Of a DNA stretch of 64,000 nucleotides, positions 63,299 to 64,000 are shown in pieces. A model generated the notes under the pieces. It was not told the DNA's origin, ran no database searches, and was given only the letters and a program-made list of their open reading frames with translations. The position numbers and the translations under genes were made by a program. Each line of letters opens with the position of its first letter. The stretch's first letter is position 1. The DNA comes from Heptranchias perlo (lineage: Eukaryota), in assembly GCF_035084215.1 (NCBI RefSeq), contig NC_090340.1, positions 5,642,001 to 5,706,000 of the forward strand, in the 5' to 3' direction.

Positions 63299-64000
63299 AG
63301 AACCATAGAAGCATAGAACCATAGAAAAGATACACCACAGAAGGGGCTATTCGGGCCATCGTGTGCATGCCAGCTGGAAGAACAACCAGGTGCCCATTCG
63401 AATCCTAACTTCCAGCACACGGTCCTTAGCCCTGCAGCTGACAGCACTTCAGCTGCAGGTCCAAGCACTTTATAAAAGAGTTGAGGGCCCTTGCCTCTAC
63501 AACCAATTCGGGCAGCGAATTCCATACACACATCACCCTGTGGGTAAAAAAGATTTTCCTCATGTCCCCTCTAATCCTTCCGCCAATCAGCTTATATCTA
63601 TGTCCTCTAGTTCTCAATGTCTCCGCTAGGCGAAACAGGTATTTCCTGTCTACCCTATCTAGACCACTCATAATTTTGTATAACTCAATTAAGTCTCCAC
63701 TCAGCCTCCTGTGCTTCAAGGGAAGCAACCCCAGCCTATCCAATCCCTCCTCATAGCTGCAATTTTCAAGCCCTGGCAACATTCTTGTAAATCTTCTCTG
63801 CGCACTCTCCAGAGCAATTACGTCCTTCCTGCAATGTGGTGACCAAACTGCGCACAATACTCCAGCTGTGGCCGTACCAGCGTTTTATGCAGTTCCATCA
63901 TTACATCCCTGCTTTTGTAATTCTATACCTCAGCTAATAACGGAGAGCAGACCGTATGCCTTCTCCACAACCTTATCTACCTGTACTGCCACCTTCAGGG
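63299..64000 (-). mobile_element. CR1 3' fragment, tail-to-tail with the previous one, running off the window
   Basis: ORF 63426-63857; (catagaac)n tail. Confidence 0.85.

Noticed and set aside
1-64000. CRISPR arrays, rRNA/tRNA genes, prokaryotic operons
   Set aside because: The sequence is vertebrate-type, intron- and LINE-rich; the short tandem octamers are CR1 3' tails, not CRISPR repeats.

Overview
Eukaryotic genomic DNA, AT-rich and dense in CR1 LINEs. The repeat repertoire (many CR1 subfamilies with (ATTCTATG)n-type tails, a Penelope/GIY-YIG element, shark-type SINE/LINE tails) suggests a cartilaginous fish; this is inference. Most long ORFs in the track are CR1 ORF2 fragments. Hidden among them is an old tandem segmental duplication (about 1-13.4 kb versus 37.3-55.6 kb), each copy carrying a + strand Ig-superfamily receptor gene. 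Copy B (42406-52495) has the exon set leader / V(J-like) / C1 / TM / 17-nt micro-exon / two cytoplasmic exons with four tyrosine motifs (LTYAAL, TVYAEV, LTYATL, LTYAAV), an SIRP/VJC1-like inhibitory layout, but with a TAA early in the skippable C1 exon. Copy A (2220-9082) keeps an intact leader and V exon but has lost the C1 acceptor, the TM acceptor and the TM donor, and has deleted both ITIM exons. It could encode a soluble V-only decoy, or be a pseudogene. Between the two copies lies a decayed minus-strand endogenous retrovirus (gag remnant, tether plus retroviral RNase H, integrase, and an env with a fusion-protein-like layout; lokiretrovirus-like). It is bracketed by two near-identical, inverted, young CR1 copies. 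All coordinates were read by eye; repeat boundaries are approximate.
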